In this document: in pieces, positions 1 to 13,921 of the stretch
How the letters are laid out: each line of letters begins with the position of its first letter
Numbering within the stretch: position 1 is the stretch's first letter
Assembly: GCA_964016885.1 (NCBI GenBank)
Contig: OZ024759.1
Span: 10,354,001-10,418,000, forward strand
Source: Eledone cirrhosa
Lineage: Eukaryota
Length of the DNA: 64,000 bases
Direction of reading: 5' to 3'
Program-made: the position numbers and the translations under genes
Notes under the pieces: generated by a model
Seen by the model: only the letters and a program-made list of their open reading frames with translations
What the model was told of the DNA's origin: nothing
Databases searched by the model: none

Positions 1-1192
1 CAGAATTTATTCTCTAGCTCCTCTACTGATTCTGCTATAAGAACCAGATCGTCAGCATAGAGAAGTTCCCATGGACAGCCAGTCTTAAACTCCTCTGTTA
101 TGGCTTGGAGGACTATAATGAACAAGAGCGGGCTGAGGACCGAACCCTGATGTACACCTACTTGTATCTGGAATTCCTCACTAAACTCCATTCCTATTCT
201 TCCTTTACTGACAGCACCCCTGTACATAGGTTGCACTGTCCTCACAAGCCATTCTTCTACACCTAGTTTCCTTAGGGACCACCAGATGACAGATCGGGGT
301 ACCCTATCAAAGGCCTTCTCTAGGTCAACAAAAGCTAAGTATAGTGACTTATTCTTCTCTAAGAACCTCTCTTGCAGTTGCCTCACTAAGAAGAGGGAAT
401 CAGTTGTACTTTTCCCAGGCACAAAACCAAACTGCATCTCATCTAATTTGACCCTTTCTCTAATCAGTTGCGCTAATATTTTCTCTGCCACTTTCATAAC
501 CTGATCCATCAGTTGTATACCCCTATAATTGCTCCTCTCCAGAGCATCCCCTTTACCTTTGTAGCAATTTATGAGAATACTGCTATACCAGTCTTTGGGT
601 ATGACACCACCATATATAGCCTGATTGATGATGCGTGCAACCAGTTTAGTACCTACGTACCTTGATGCCTTCAGCATTTCAGCAACTATCCCCGACGGTC
701 CAGCAGCCTTACCATTCTTCATTTCCTTAATTGCCTCGTGTACACTATATTCGTTAATCTCAATAGCTGGTCCCTCTGTCTGATCTACTGAGGGCAATTT
801 CTCTCTCTCTCCCATTTGTTCTCCACATTCATCAGTCTCTCGTAATGACATGTCCAGGCCTCCTTTTTCTGATCATTCGTGACACTAAGTACACCGGCAT
901 CATTCCGGACACATTTATCTCCAACAGCATCCTGATTTGCATTGACACATTGCCTTGCAATGTGGAACACCACACGCCTCTGATCTTCCCGTTGCAGAAC
1001 ATTGGCAAACCTCCTACTCTCAGCCTCCCTGCGTGCTAAGTACACCTGACGTCTATCTTCTCTCTTAGCGGCTGTGTATCCTTCTCTACTCCCACCGTTT
1101 TTCCAAGCCTTTCTTGCTAGTCTTTTGTCTCTAATGGCCCTATCTACTGTGCTGTTCCACCACCAGGTCCAGTTATCATCTATATCATTCAA
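1..1192 (-). mobile_element. Decayed RTE-clade LINE ORF2 fragment (reverse transcriptase region), runs off window start
   Basis: Minus-strand translation gives GVHQGSVLSPLLF...GCPWELLYADDLVL (YADD near 48-59). ORF 785..1192 has the WWWN...AIRDKR linker typical of RTE. Frame is disrupted. Confidence 0.85.
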
Positions 1193-1213
1193 CTCTAAAT
1201 CGTCTTCATTTTC

Positions 1214-1424
1214 GTATATATATATATGTGTGTGTGGGTGTGTGTGTATATATATATATATATATGTGTGTGGGGGTGTGTGTGTATATATATATGTGTG
1301 GGTGTGTGTGTATATATATGTGTGTGTGTGTGGGTGTGTGTGTGTATATGTGTGTGGGTGTGTGTATATATATATGTGTGTGTGTGTATATATGTGCGTG
1401 TGTGTATATATATGTGTATATATA

Positions 1425-1479
<55 letters not shown>

Positions 1480-1924
1480 ATATATGTGTGTGTGTGTGTG
1501 TGTGTGTATGTGTGTGTGGGTGTGTGTGTATATATATGTGTGTGGGTGTGTGTGTATATATGTGTGTGGGTGTGTGTGTATATATATGTGTGTGGGTGTG
1601 TGTATATATATGTGTGGGTGTGTGTGTATATATATGTGTGTGGGTGTGTGTGTATATATATGTGTGTGGGTGTGTGTGTATATATATGTGTGGGTGTGTG
1701 TGTGTATATATATGGGTGTGTGGGTGTGGGTGTATATATGTGGGTGGGTGTGTATGTGTATGTGTATGTGTGTGTGTATATATGTATATATATGTGTGTA
1801 TATATATATGTATGTGTGTGTATATATGTATGTGTGTGTGTGTGTATGTATGTGTGTGTGTGTGTGTGTGTATATGTATGTGTGTGTGTGTATGTGTATA
1901 TATATATATATGTATGTGTGTGTA

Positions 1925-1958
<34 letters not shown>
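1214..1958. repeat. Compound (GT)n/(AT)n microsatellite
   Basis: Seen directly; source of spurious C/V/Y/I-rich ORFs. Confidence 0.97.
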
Positions 1959-1962
<4 letters not shown>

Positions 1963-2454
1963 GCGTATCTTTCTATCTACTCTTTCACGATCACTATCTC
2001 TTTCTCTCTATTTATGAAGGTACCTGAAAAGTCCCTCTATCTCGGGAACCCATGCTCCGATTTATGCGAAACTTGTTTTATTCCATTGACCAATTGATAA
2101 TTCCTCGTCGTACAAAAAGTTGTTTGTTTCTCAAGTAAACGTATTTAAGAATATTCAACAGAATTTGTAATATAATCGGCTTGTCTCCCCACAGCCCCGG
2201 CGCCTATGGTGGTGAGTAGGGAGGTAGCCTTAGGGCCGCCGAGGACACCAGAAGTCTCCACTGGTACAAGGGTACAACTGCAAACCTGTCGGAGAGCGAC
2301 CGGTATTTGAGGAGTTTGGCCCCCTCAGCCCGACGTGCAGCGGAACCTGGGTCAGTCGCATTTGTATTCCCATTTCAGGGGCAACTTCCGTTGCCGTTTG
2401 GCTGTATCAAATTACAGGCAAGCACTCAATCCCAGAGTTTTAGTAGTATATAGA
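1959..2454 (-). mobile_element. Possible non-autonomous Helitron 5' portion
   Basis: Ends in gttttagtagtatatagat, similar to the terminus at 24400-24418 (minus strand starts a|TC). No 3' hairpin located. Confidence 0.35.
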
Positions 2455-3067
2455 TAATTACCTGTAATTATGATAGCAGCGATAACCTTAGACAACATAA
2501 AAATATCTATCATCATCATTGTTTAACATCCGTTTTCCCTGCTAGCAAGGGCTGGACATGTGACATGTGACACACAGGTCAGTCTTCAAGCGCAGCCGTT
2601 TCTGACCACCAGGTGGGCTGGGAGACTGATATATGATTCTGCGCTCTACTGAGTGAATTTTATCGTGACACCAACACTGTTATGTCTTTGGTAAAGCTGA
2701 AGAATTTTCCTAACCCTTTCTTTAGAAGGTTTTCTACAGCTGGATGTTCTTTCTATAACTAACCACTCTACAGAGTGTACTGGGTGTTTATCAAATAGAT
2801 CTCCAACACTAGAGAGGTTGTCATATCTCTGGCAAAGCTCAAGTGTCTTCCTGACCATTATGATGGACATCCAGCTGTAGAAAAGCTGTCAATCACCAAC
2901 CACTATACAGAGTGTACTTGGTGCTCGTTTATCATGTAGATCACCAACACCACGGAGGTTGTCAAGGTTACTCATTTGATGATAATTTAGGATTTGAAAT
3001 TTACAGAATTGCTTCATTAATTATTAAAATATAATTGATTCTGTTCTACATTATTGTGGCCATACTG

Positions 3068-5432
3068 TTGTGGTGGTGTAGTGGTGGTGTTGTTATAGTG
3101 TTGTGGTGGTGGTGTTGTTGTAGTGGTGGTGGTGGTGTTGTTGTTATAGTGTTGTGGTGGGGGTGTTGTTATAGTGTTGTGGTGGTGTTGTAGTGTTGTG
3201 GTGGTGTTGTTGTAGTGTTGTGGTGGTGTTGTTATAGTGTTGTGGTGGTGGTGTTGTTGTAGTGTTGTTGTGGTGGTGTTATAGTGTTGTGGTGGTGTTG
3301 TAGTGTTGTGGTGGTGGTGGTATTGTTGTTATAGTGTTGTGGTGGGGGTGTTGTTATAGTGTTGTGGTGGTAGTGGTGTTGTTGTTATAGTGTTGTGGTG
3401 GTGGTGGTGTTATAGTGTTGTTGTGGTGGTGTTGTGGTGGTGGTGGTATTGTTGTTATAGTGTTGTGGTGGTATTGTTGTTATAGTGTTGTGGTGGGGGT
3501 GGTGTTGTTGTAGTGTTGTGGTGGTGGTGGTATTGTTGTTATAGTGTTGTGGTGGTGGTGTTGTTATAGTGTTGTGGTGGTAGTGGTGTTGTTGTTATAG
3601 TGTTGTGGTGGTGGTGGTGTTGTTGTAGTGTTGTGGTGGTGGGGGTGTTGTTATAGTGTTGTGGTGGTGGTGGTGGTGTTGTTGTAGTGTTGTGGTGGGG
3701 GTGTTGTTATAGTGTTGTGGTGGTGTTGTGGTGGTGGTGGTATTGTTATAGTGTTGTGGTGGGGGTGTTGTTATAGTGTTGTGGTGGTGGTGTTGTTGTA
3801 GTGTTGTGGTGGGGGTGTTGTTATAGTGTTGTGGTGGTGGTGGTATTGTTGTTATAGTGTTGTGGTGGGGGTGTTGTTGTAGTGTTGTGGTGGTGGTGGG
3901 GGTGTTATAGTGTTGTGGTGGTGGTGGTGGGGGTGTTATAGTGTTGTGGTGGTGGTGGTGGTATTGTTGTTATAGTGTTGTGGTGGTGGTGGGGGTGTTA
4001 TAGTGTTGTGGTGGTGGTGGGGGTGTTATAGTGTTGTGGTGGTGGTGGTATTGTTGTTATAGTGTTGTGGTGGTGGTGGGGGTGTTATAGTGTTGTGGTG
4101 GTGGTGGGGGTGTTATAGTGTTGTGGTGGTGGTGGTGGTGTTATAGTGTTGTGGTGGTGGTGGGGGTGTTATAGTGTTGTGGTGGTGGTGGTGTTATAGT
4201 GTTGTGGTGGTGGTGGGGGTGTTATAGTGTTGTGGTGGTGGTGGTGTTGTTGCTATAGTGTTGTGGTGGTGGTGGGGGTGTTATAGTGTTGTGGTGGTGG
4301 TGGGGGTGTTATAGTGTTGTGGTGGTGGTGGGGGTGTTATAGTGTTGTGGTGGTGGTATTGTTGTTATAGTGTTGTGGTGGTGGTGTTATAGTGTTGTGG
4401 TGGTGGTGGGGGTGTTATAGTGTTGTGGTGGTGGTGGGGGTGTTATAGTGTTGTGGTGGTGGTATTGTTGTTATAGTGTTGTGGTGGTGGTGGGGGTGTT
4501 ATAGTGTTGTGGTGGTGGTGGTGGTGTTATAGTGTTGTGGTGGTGGTGGGGGTGTTATAGTGTTGTGGTGGTGGTGGTGGTGGTGTTATAGTGTTGTGGT
4601 GGTGGTGGGGGTGTTATAGTGTTGTGGTGGTGGTATTGTTGTTATAGTGTTGTGGTGGGGGTGTTGTAGTGTTGTGGTGGTGGTGGGGGTGTTATAGTGT
4701 TGTGGTGGTGGTGGGGGTGTTATAGTGTTGTGGTGGTGGTGGTATTGTTGTTATAGTGTTGTGGTGGTGGTGGGGGTGTTATAGTGTTGTGGTGGTGTTG
4801 TTATAGTGTTGTGGTGGTGGTGGGGGTGTTATAGTGTTGTGGTGGGGGTGTTATAGTGTTGTGGTGGTGGTGGTGTTGTTGTTATAGTGTTGTGGTGGTG
4901 GTGGGGGTGTTATAGTGTTGTGGTGGGGGTGTTATAGTGTTGTGGTGGTGGTGGGGGTGTTATAGTGTTGTGGTGGTGGTGGGGGTGTTATAGTGTTGTG
5001 GTGGTGGTGGGGGTGTTATAGTGTTGTGGTGGTGGTGGTGTTGTTATAGTGTTGTGGTGGTGGTGGTGGTGTTATAGTGTTGTGGTGGTGGTGGTGTTGT
5101 TATAGTGTTGTGGTGGTGGGGGTGTTATAGTGTTGTGGTGGTGGTGGTGTTGTTATAGTGTTGTGGTGGTGTTGTTATAGTGTTGTGGTGGTGGTGGTGT
5201 TGTTATAGTGTTGTGGTGGTGGTGTTGTTATAGTGTTGTGGTGGTGGTGGGGGTGTTATAGTGTTGTGGTGGGGGTGTTATAGTGTTGTGGTGGTGGTGG
5301 TGGTGGTGTTATAGTGTTGTGGTGGGGGTGTTATAGTGTTGTGGTGGTGGTGGTGGTGGTGTTATAGTGTTGTGGTGGTGTTGTTATAGTGTTGTGGTGG
5401 GGGTGTTATAGTGTTGTGGTGGTGGTGGTGTT
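3068..5432. repeat. Degenerate (GGT/TGT)n satellite with recurring GTTATAGTGTTGTG unit
   Basis: Seen directly, about 2.4 kb. Confidence 0.95.
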
Positions 5433-5692
5433 AATCTAAATCCAAAAGTTGTTCAACTGAAATAATTCTAAAAGTACATTTCTTTCAAACTGAAGTGGCT
5501 TTACCTGTTCTCTCTCTCTCCCTATCTCCCCCCACCCCCTCTCTCTCTCCCTATCTCCCCCCTCTCTCTCTCTCCATCCCTTTCTCCCCCCTATCTCCCC
5601 CCTCTCTCTCTCTCTCTCTCAAAATTCAATAAGCTGTGGGTGGGGTGGTGGGGGATTATTGAAGACCTGACACTATATATAATTGTTTTGTA

Positions 5693-5860
5693 CTTTTGGC
5701 ACAAGGCCAGCAAATATCCCAGTGTATTACTGGTATTTTTAATTTATCGACCTCAAGAGGATGAAAGGCAAAGTTAGCCTCAGCAGGATTTGAACTCCGA
5801 CCGTAAAGGGCCGTAACTCTATGCTGCAAAGCGTGGCGTCCGACGCTCTACCGATACTCA
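5693..5860 (-). mobile_element. tRNA-derived SINE family A (MetaSINE-like body)
   Basis: Reverse complement has tRNA-like head with B box GAGTTCAAATCC followed by CTTTGCCTTTCATCC...GGTCGATAAA...TACCAGT. Many copies in the window. Confidence 0.75.
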
Positions 5861-5924
5861 GTAATGCTATATAAAATATAGAACTTATAACTTATACCAG
5901 TGACAATACTTCTTCCTGAGAGGT

Positions 5925-7963
5925 TTGTGGGGGGCAATGTCCTCACTCCAGCAGGTCCTGTCAGAAGCAACCAACTCCAATTGATCTGCCTGCATTCCCA
6001 AGCAAGACCAGCCAAGTTCATGGATGTTATCCTTCTTGCTCAGGGTCTACTCCTGGGTCTCCTGTCTGTTGGTTTTGCCTGTAAAATCTGTCTAGTGATT
6101 CTTTCCTGAGACATTCTAACCTCATGTCCATAGTATCAGAGCTGTGATCTCTCAATTCAGAGAAGTAGCAGCTCTACTGGGAGTGACTCTCTGATCTCCA
6201 AGCTACAAATCTGCCCAGTGATTCTTTCCTGAGACATTCTAACCACATGTCCATAGTATCAGGGCTGTGATCTCTCAATTCAGAGAAGTAGCAGCTCTAC
6301 TGGGAGTGACTCTCTGATCTCCAAGCTACAAATGTGTCCAGTGATTCTTTGCTGAGACATTCTAACCTCATGTCCATAGTATCAGAGCTGTGATCTCTCA
6401 ATTCAGAGAAGTAGCAGCTCTACTGGGAGTGACTCTCTGATCTCCAAGCTACAAATCTGTCCAGTGATTCTTTCCTGAGACATTCTAACCACATGTCCAT
6501 AGTATCAGAGCTGTGATCTCTCAATTCAGAGAAGTAGCAGCTCTACTGGGAGTGACTCTCTGATCTCTAGCTACAAATCTGTCCAGTGATTCTTTCCTGA
6601 GACATTCTAACCACATGTCCATAGTATCAGAGCTGTGATCTCTCAATTCAGAGAAGTAGCAGCTCTACTGGGAGTGACTCTCTGATCTCCAAGCTACAAA
6701 TCTGCCCAGTGATTCTTTCCTGAGACATTCTAACCTCATGTCCATAGTATCGGAGCTGTGATCTCTCAATTCAGAGAAGTAGCAGCTCTACTGGGAGTGA
6801 CTCTCTGATCTCCAAGCTACAAATCTGCCCAGTGATTCTTTCCTGAGACATTCTAACCTCATGTCCATAGTATCGGAGCTGTGATCTCTCAATTCAGAGA
6901 AGTAGCAGCTCTACTGGGAGTGACTCTCTGATCTCCAAGCTACAAATCTGTCCAGTGATTCTTTCCTGAGACATTCTAACCACATGTCCATAGTATCAGA
7001 GCTGTGATCTCTCAATTCAGAGAAGTAGCAGCTCTACTGGGAGTGACTCTCTGATCTCCAAGCTACAAATTTGTCCAGTGATTCTTTCCTGAGACATTCT
7101 AACCTCATGTCCATAGTATCAGAGCTGTGATCTCTCAATTCAGAGAAGTAGCAGCTCTACTGGGAGTGACTCTCTGATCTCCAAGCTACAAATCTGTCTA
7201 GTGATTCTTTCCTGAGACATTCTAACCTCATGTCCATAGTATCAGAGCTGTGATCTCTCAATTCAGAGAAGTAGCAGCTCTACTGGGAGTGACTCTCTGA
7301 TCTCCAAGCTACAAATCTGTCCAGTGATTCTTTCCTGAGACATTCTAACCTCAAGTCCATAGTATCAGAGCTGTGATCTCTCAATTCAGAGAAGTAGCAG
7401 CTCTACTGGGAGTGACTCTCTGATCTCCAAGCTACAAATCTGCCCAGTGATTCTTTCCTGAGACATTCTAACCTCATGTCCATAGTATCAGAGCTGTGAT
7501 CTCTCAATTCAGAGAAGTAGCAGCTCTACTGGGAGTGACTCTCTGATTCCCAAAAATCTGTCCAGTGATTCTTTCCTGAGACATTCTAACCTCATGTCCA
7601 TAGTATCAGAGCTGTGATCTCTCAATTCAGAGAAGTAGCAGCTCTACTGGGAGTGACTCTCTGATCTCCAAGCTACAAATCTGCCCAGTGATTCTTTCCT
7701 GAGACATTCTAACCTCATGTCCATAGTATCAGAGCTGTGATCTCTCAATTCAGAGAAGTAGCAGCTCTAACTGGAGTGACTCTCTGATCTCCAAGCTACA
7801 AATCTGTCCAGTGATTCTTTGCTGAGACATTCTAACCTCATGTCCATAGTATCAGAGCTGTGATCTCTCAATTCAGAGAAGTAGCAGCTCTACTGGGAGT
7901 GACTCTCTGATCTCCAAGCTACAAATCTGTCCAGTGATTCTTTCCTGAGACATTCTAACCTCA
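5925..7963 (-). repeat. RTE 3' fragment whose ORF2 C-terminal 123-bp segment is tandemly amplified (about 15 copies, 6085-7963)
   Basis: GTGATTCTTT recurs at 6095, 6218, 6341 and onward. Minus translation resembles LEIRESL..LLLL.IERSQL.YYGHVVRMSQER. Unique RTE tail at 5925-6085. Confidence 0.9.
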
Positions 7964-8208
7964 TAACCACAATACATGCTAGTATATTAGAATGTTATGT
8001 AACATACAACACACACACAAACACACAATATTATGTAACATGGAGTAACATCTCTGTGAATATTAGTTTTCACGTGAGGACTTCTTTCACTGAGGAATGC
8101 TTTTGAACTAGATTTAGTGTTCTTCGCATGTGGCTGGGCACCATGCCAGAATCTCTCCCTCTCCCAGAGAATCCACAAGTATAGGGCTATATATCGCATA
8201 ACCAGTTT

Positions 8209-8695
8209 TGGGTGGTGTTGCTGGTGGTGGTGGTGTTGCTGGTGATTGTTGTGGTGGTGATTGTTGAGGTGGTGGTGTTGCTGGTGGTGGTGGTGGTGTT
8301 GCTGGTGGTGGTGGTGGTGTTGTAGGTGTGGTGGTTGTAGGTGTGGTGGTTGTAGGTGTGGTGGTGGTTGTAGGTGTGGTGGTTGTAGGTGTGAGGGTGG
8401 TTGTACGTGTGGTGGTGGTGGTTGTAGGTGTGGTGGTTGTGGGGGTGGTTGTAGGTGTGGTGGTGGTGGTGGTTATAGGTGTGGTGGGGGTGGTTGTAGG
8501 TGTGGTGGTGGTGGTGGTTATAGGTGTGGTGGGGGTGGTTGTAGGTGTGGTGGTGGTGGTGGTTATAGGTGTGGTGGTTGTAGGTGTGGTGGTTGTAGGT
8601 GCAGTTGTTGGTGGTGGTGGTGTTGATTGTAAGTGTGATGGTAGTGGTGGAGGTTGTAGGTGTGGTGTTACTGGTGGTGATGGTGGTGTTGGTGG
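8209..8695. repeat. (GGT)n-rich low-complexity repeat
   Basis: Seen directly. Confidence 0.9.
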
Positions 8696-8745
8696 AACTG
8701 GATACACGTCACTATGAAATAAACACAAACTTTCTTCCTTTTTAA

Positions 8746-9825
8746 CCCTTTACCATTTAAACCAGCCATATCTAGCCAGGCTGCTCATACTGATGTTAAG
8801 GTATTGTTCTCTAAATAAATCTCAAAATCTCATAGATTCGATATTATGTGAGGTAAAGCCTTTACTGTGACAATACAATAGTATATATAGAGTAATGTAA
8901 ATGTTATGTGAGATATTATGTGATGTAAAGCCTTTACTGTGAAAATACAATAGTATATATAGAGTAATGTAAATGTTATGTGAGATATTATGTGAGGTAA
9001 AGTCTTTACTGTGACAATACGATAGTATATATAGAGTAATGTAAATGTTATGAGATATTATGTGAAGTAAATCATTTACTGTGACAATACAATAGTATAT
9101 ATAGAGTAATGTAAATGTTATGTGAGATATTATGTGAGGTAAAGCCTTTACTGTGACAATACAATAGTATATATAGAGTAATGTAAATGTTATGAGATAT
9201 TATGTGAGGTAAAGCCTTTACTGTGGCAATACAATAGTATATATAGAGTAATGTAAATGTTATGTGAGATATTATGTGAGGTAAAGCCTTTACTGTGACA
9301 ATACAATAGTATATATAGAGTAATGTAAATGTTATGAGATATTATGTGAGGTAAAGCCTTTACTGTGGCAATACAATAGTATATATAGAGTAATGTAAAT
9401 GTTATGTGAGATATTGTGTGAGGTAAAGCCTTTACTGTGAAAATACAATAGTATATATAGAGTAATGTAAATGGTATGTGAGGTATTATGTGAGGTAAAG
9501 CCTTTACTGCGAAAATACAATAGTATATATAGAGTAATGTAAATGTTATGTGAGATATTGTGAGGTAAAGCCTTTACTGTGAAAATACAATAGTATATAT
9601 AGAGTAATGTAAATGTTATGAGATATTATGTGAGGTAAAGCCTTTACTGTGGCAATACAATAGTATATATAGAGTAATGTAAATGTTATGTGAGATATTG
9701 TGTGAGGTAAAGCCTTTACTGTGAAAATACAATAGTATATATAGAGTAATGTAAATGGTATGTGAGGTAAAGCCTTTACTGTGAAAATACAATAGTATAT
9801 ATAGAGTAATGTAAATGGTAAAGGG
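8746..9825 (+). mobile_element. piggyBac-like MITE with internal 72-bp tandem array (about 13 units)
   Basis: TTAA|CCCTTTACCATTTA ... TAAATGGTAAAGGG|TTAA: perfect 14-bp TIRs and TTAA target site. Confidence 0.88.
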
Positions 9826-9872
9826 TTAAATCATATACTAAGAACTAGGGAGCTTAAGATACTCTATTGCCA

Positions 9873-10050
9873 ATCATCATCATTGTTTTTATGTCCGTTT
9901 TTCCACACATGCATGGGTTGGACAGGTCCTTTTCACCACAGCATCTCTCCACATGTGATTCTTTGTCTTATTATCTGTGATTCTCAGTGATTTGATGTCA
10001 GCTCTTACCACCTCTGCCCAGGTTTTTCTCTGTCTTCCTCTAGGATTTCT
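9873..10050 (-). mobile_element. RTE 3' end with (GAT)n tail; non-tandem relative of the 56-bp minisatellite
   Basis: gcatgggttggacaggtccttttcaccacagcatctctcc at about 9911-9950 matches the unit of the 45.2-48.1 kb array. Confidence 0.7.
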
Positions 10051-11430
10051 TGGTAATGATAAATCCAGGAGGTTTTAATAAGTTTAGTTACCATACTAAA
10101 AAAATATATTTATCAAGTTATTTACTCTTTTGTAATCCGAACATACATCCAGCTGGTGCTATTGCTGGTTTCCTTGGTGCTAAGCCACTGAGAGTACAAC
10201 ACTCTCCCTGGACAGGATGCTTGTCTATTACAAGTTTAACTCCCCAGCTACTGCTGGTACTCATCTTAGCTGAGTGTACTGGAGCAATGTGAAATAAAGT
10301 GTCTTGCTCAAGAACACAATACAAGAATCAAAGTTACAATCTTACATCCTAACCATTGACCTTTTAGTATTTAAACCAGCCGTATCTGGCCAGAATTCTC
10401 TCACCTCTTTCTGTTTAAACCAGCTGTAACTGGCCACTCGTACCTACATAAGTCTCAAAAAATCTACCATGCGTCCTGGAGGCCGAAGGTTATTTTTTAT
10501 TTTTATTTTTTGGGGTTGTCAAAATTAGGGTGTCATTGAGGATGAAGCGTCTTCGGCGCTGGGAAATACGGCAGGTATTTCTAGCTAACCTTTTAATGCC
10601 TCCTGCATTAACCCTTTAGCATTTAAACCGGCTGTATAGAACAATGTAAATGCTAGAGGGTTAAACAATTAACTACACCATATATATTACCCATAATCCA
10701 TATACTCTCAGATTTACAGAGAATAAAAATAAAGTTTATCAACCTCACAAGGTTTCAAGAATAAAAATGCCAATATCAAAAACATTTAGTGTATAGCCAG
10801 CAGTTGGATTCAAAGACATGTTATGTGGATGGATTTTTTAAAAACTCTTTAGCATTTAAACCGGCCATATCCAGCCAGAATTTTCTCACCTTTTTCTGTT
10901 CAAACTGGCTGTAACTGACCACTGACCACTCATACTTATGTTAAGGTATTGTTCTCAAAATAAATAACATCAAAATCTCAAAGCTTCGATATTATGTGTG
11001 ATAATTATGTGTGCTTAAGCCTTTACCATGAAAATAGAATAGTAAATATAGAGTAATGTAAATGTTAGCGGGTTAAACTTTCTCATATTAGTCAAGAGGC
11101 TATCCCTTATCAAATTAAGCTTATCCCTTATTAAATTTAATTAAAACATTTCATTAACTCACTCAGTACTATGTATGTTGATTTAACCTTTTTCTTACCT
11201 TATTTTGAAAGTAATCAAAAATTTGGAGGGATTTAGTAATATAACTAACTTTCACATTATGAGGTTAGTGTTTGGAACATAACTTAGTGAAGGTTCTTAT
11301 CTAAAATTAACCCTTTCCTGACCATAATCCTAATGAAAGACGCTGCATGTCTATTTTTAAAAAATCAAGGGATTTAGTAATATCTTTCACATTATTAAGC
11401 TGGAGTTTGGAAGTTTGGGATATTACTTAA

Positions 11431-11621
11431 CCCATTAGCATTTAAACCAGCTGTATCTGGCCAGAATCTCTCACCTCTTTCTGTTCAAACTGGCCATAAA
11501 TGTTAAGGTATTGTTCTCAAAATAAATAATATCAATATCTCATAGATTCGATATTATGTGAGGTAAAGCCTTCACCATGAAAATATAATAGTAAATATAG
11601 AGTAATGTAAATGTTAAAGGG
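11431..11621 (+). mobile_element. Single-unit (unexpanded) copy of the piggyBac-like MITE
   Basis: TTAA|CCCATTAGCATTTA ... TAAATGTTAAAGGG|TTAA, with one copy of the satellite core. Further short copies at about 10845-11074 and 14094-14254. Confidence 0.85.
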
Positions 11622-12114
11622 TTAAATATTCTTACATAAAATTATGCTGGAAGGTTTATAGATAAATATAAAGTTTTGTATTATAGAACCAGGGATAGTG
11701 CTATGTGGTTTGATATTAAAAGAGTAAAAATGTTCCTTATTCATGTTGTATATTTAGAATCAGTGTCAAGGCTTGACTTGGCATAATTCATCTCTTCTAA
11801 ACATTGATATTAATTAGAGTTGGACAGGAGAAAAGTAGAGACAGAAGGCATTGTTCATTAGTTATTAATTTCAGCATGGCTGATCACCTCATTTATACAT
11901 TAATGATTTTGTGGAAGGTAATTAAAAAATTAACTCATCTAACAGTGTTGGGTCTATTATGAGAAAAATATTCTAATAATTTTAATAAACAAGCAGGTTA
12001 TTTCAATTTGTTGTATGGTTATTGCTATCATCCCCCCGCTACTCACCGGTACTACAGCAAACAGAAGAACACAATGCTTGAAAGTAATTTTTAAATTCTT
12101 AAGTTAAAACAAAA

Positions 12115-12615
12115 GAGTCATTCCAGGTAGAGCCGCTACTTCTCAGAATCACTGGACAGATTTGTAGCTTGGAGATCAAAGAGGCACTCCAGGTAGAGCC
12201 ACACTACTTCTCCGAATTGAGAGATCACAGCTCCTATACTGTGAGCGTGTGGTTAGAATGTCTCAGGAAAGAATCACAGGACAGATTTGTAGCTTGGAGA
12301 TCAAAGAGGCACTCCAGGTAGAGCCACACTACTTCTCCGAATTGAGAGATCACAGCTCCTATACTGTGAGCGTGTGGTTAGAATGTCTCAGGAAAGAATC
12401 ACAGGACAGATTTGTAGCTTGGAGATCAAAGAGGCACTCCAGGTAGAGCCACACTACTTCTCCGAATTGAGAGATCACAGCTCCTATACTATGGGCATGT
12501 GGTTAGAATGTCTCAGGAAAGAATCATGAGACAGATTTTACAGGCAAAACCAATTGGGAGTAGACCCATAGGTGTACTCCGAGCAAGACGGTTGGATAAC
12601 ATCCATGACAAACTA
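12115..12615 (+). repeat. RTE C-terminal fragment with about 3 tandem 125-bp units
   Basis: GGAGATCAAAGAGGCACTCC recurs at about 125-bp spacing; same segment as the 6085-7963 array, opposite strand. Confidence 0.8.
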
Positions 12616-12934
12616 CAGAAAGTAGCGTCTAACATTTGCTACACCTGTGTGTGACTATATGTAAATCGAATTGGCTACACACATTGGCTATTATGATTAT
12701 GTGAGTGTTTGTGTGTATGTATATGTGTGTTTGTGGAAATTATATATAATATAATATTTGTGTGGGTGTATATGTGTTTGTGTGTGTTTATTTAGAAAGA
12801 TACATAGCCAATAGAATTACAAAAATGCCCATCTACACATACATATATATAGACACACTTAGAAAAAATAATTATAACATACACACACATCTATGTGATG
12901 ACTGAGGAAGGAGGCGGCTGAGAAACTATAGAAG

Positions 12935-13222
12935 TCCAACATTACATCAATTGTCAAGTCAAGAGTACTCAAACTATATGGTCATATAAAAAGATCAACT
13001 CGAGGTGTGAGTAGGTTATGCCTGGAAGGAAGGTTGGCTGGTAAGAGAAGCAGAGGCCGGCAGCCAAAATGATGGCTTGATAATGTCAACTTATGGACTG
13101 GACTTGATCTTTGCTCTTTAAACTCTACTGTTGATGATCGAACTTTGTTGAGAAAAATATCTCATGTTGATGTGCAGTCTGCAAATGGCGGAGTTTAGCG
13201 TCAAAGTAGTAGTAGTAGTAGT
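12935..13222 (+). mobile_element. RTE-like LINE 3' fragment with (AGT)n tail
   Basis: SIVKSRVLKLYGHIKRS...LEGRLAGKRSRGR; near-identical to 63310-63575. Confidence 0.75.
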
Positions 13223-13329
13223 CAGTAGTGTGTTAATGAAGATTATAAAGAGGAGAAGTGACAATACACAACCTTGGCAGAGTCAGTCTGACCCCCACAT
13301 TCAATGGTTTTGATTTAGCATCATTTATC

Positions 13330-13921
13330 TGAACACAGAGGTTAATGCTGTGAAGACAGATATCATTTCAAGTAAGCCTGTACAGTGCACTCAATGGAGT
13401 TCCTCAGAAGCAGGTAGAAAAGTTCAAGTATCTCTGGGCTGTTTTCAGAATTGATGAAAAGCAGAAGGCTGAATTAAGTGGTCATAAGGAGACAAGAGAT
13501 AAATGTAAAAGCCAAATTTGCTATCTTCAATTCAGTATTCATGCCTATCCTTGCCTATGGTCATGAATTTTCAGTAATGACTGAAAGAATATGATCCTTA
13601 CTACAAGTGGCTGAAATGAGGCTCCTCTGAAAGGTGTTTGGGGTAACATATTTGATAGGGTACATAGCTCAGCGATGAGGGAGTCACTCCTGGTAGAACT
13701 GCTACTTCTCAGCATCAAAAGATCACAGCTTCTGTATTATGGATATGTGGTTGGAATGTCTCAGGAAAGAATTGCTGGACAGATTTTATAGGCAAAGCCA
13801 ATGAGTAGAAGATGCAGAGGTAGAGCCTGAGCAAGATGGTTGGACAACATCCATGAACTCGGCTGGTGTCTCTTGAGGATCCAGCCGGATAAAGGGTGAT
13901 GATGATGATGATGATGATGAT
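13330..13921 (+). mobile_element. Decayed RTE 3' portion with (GAT)n tail; carries the 123-bp segment once
   Basis: Degenerate ...SVFMPILAYGHEF...LQVAEMRLL...GYVVGMSQER... followed by gatgatgat. Confidence 0.75.

Noticed and set aside
8114-8728. Mucin-like Pro/Thr ORF (also His/Thr ORFs at 51214-53637)
   Set aside because: Pure microsatellite translation.
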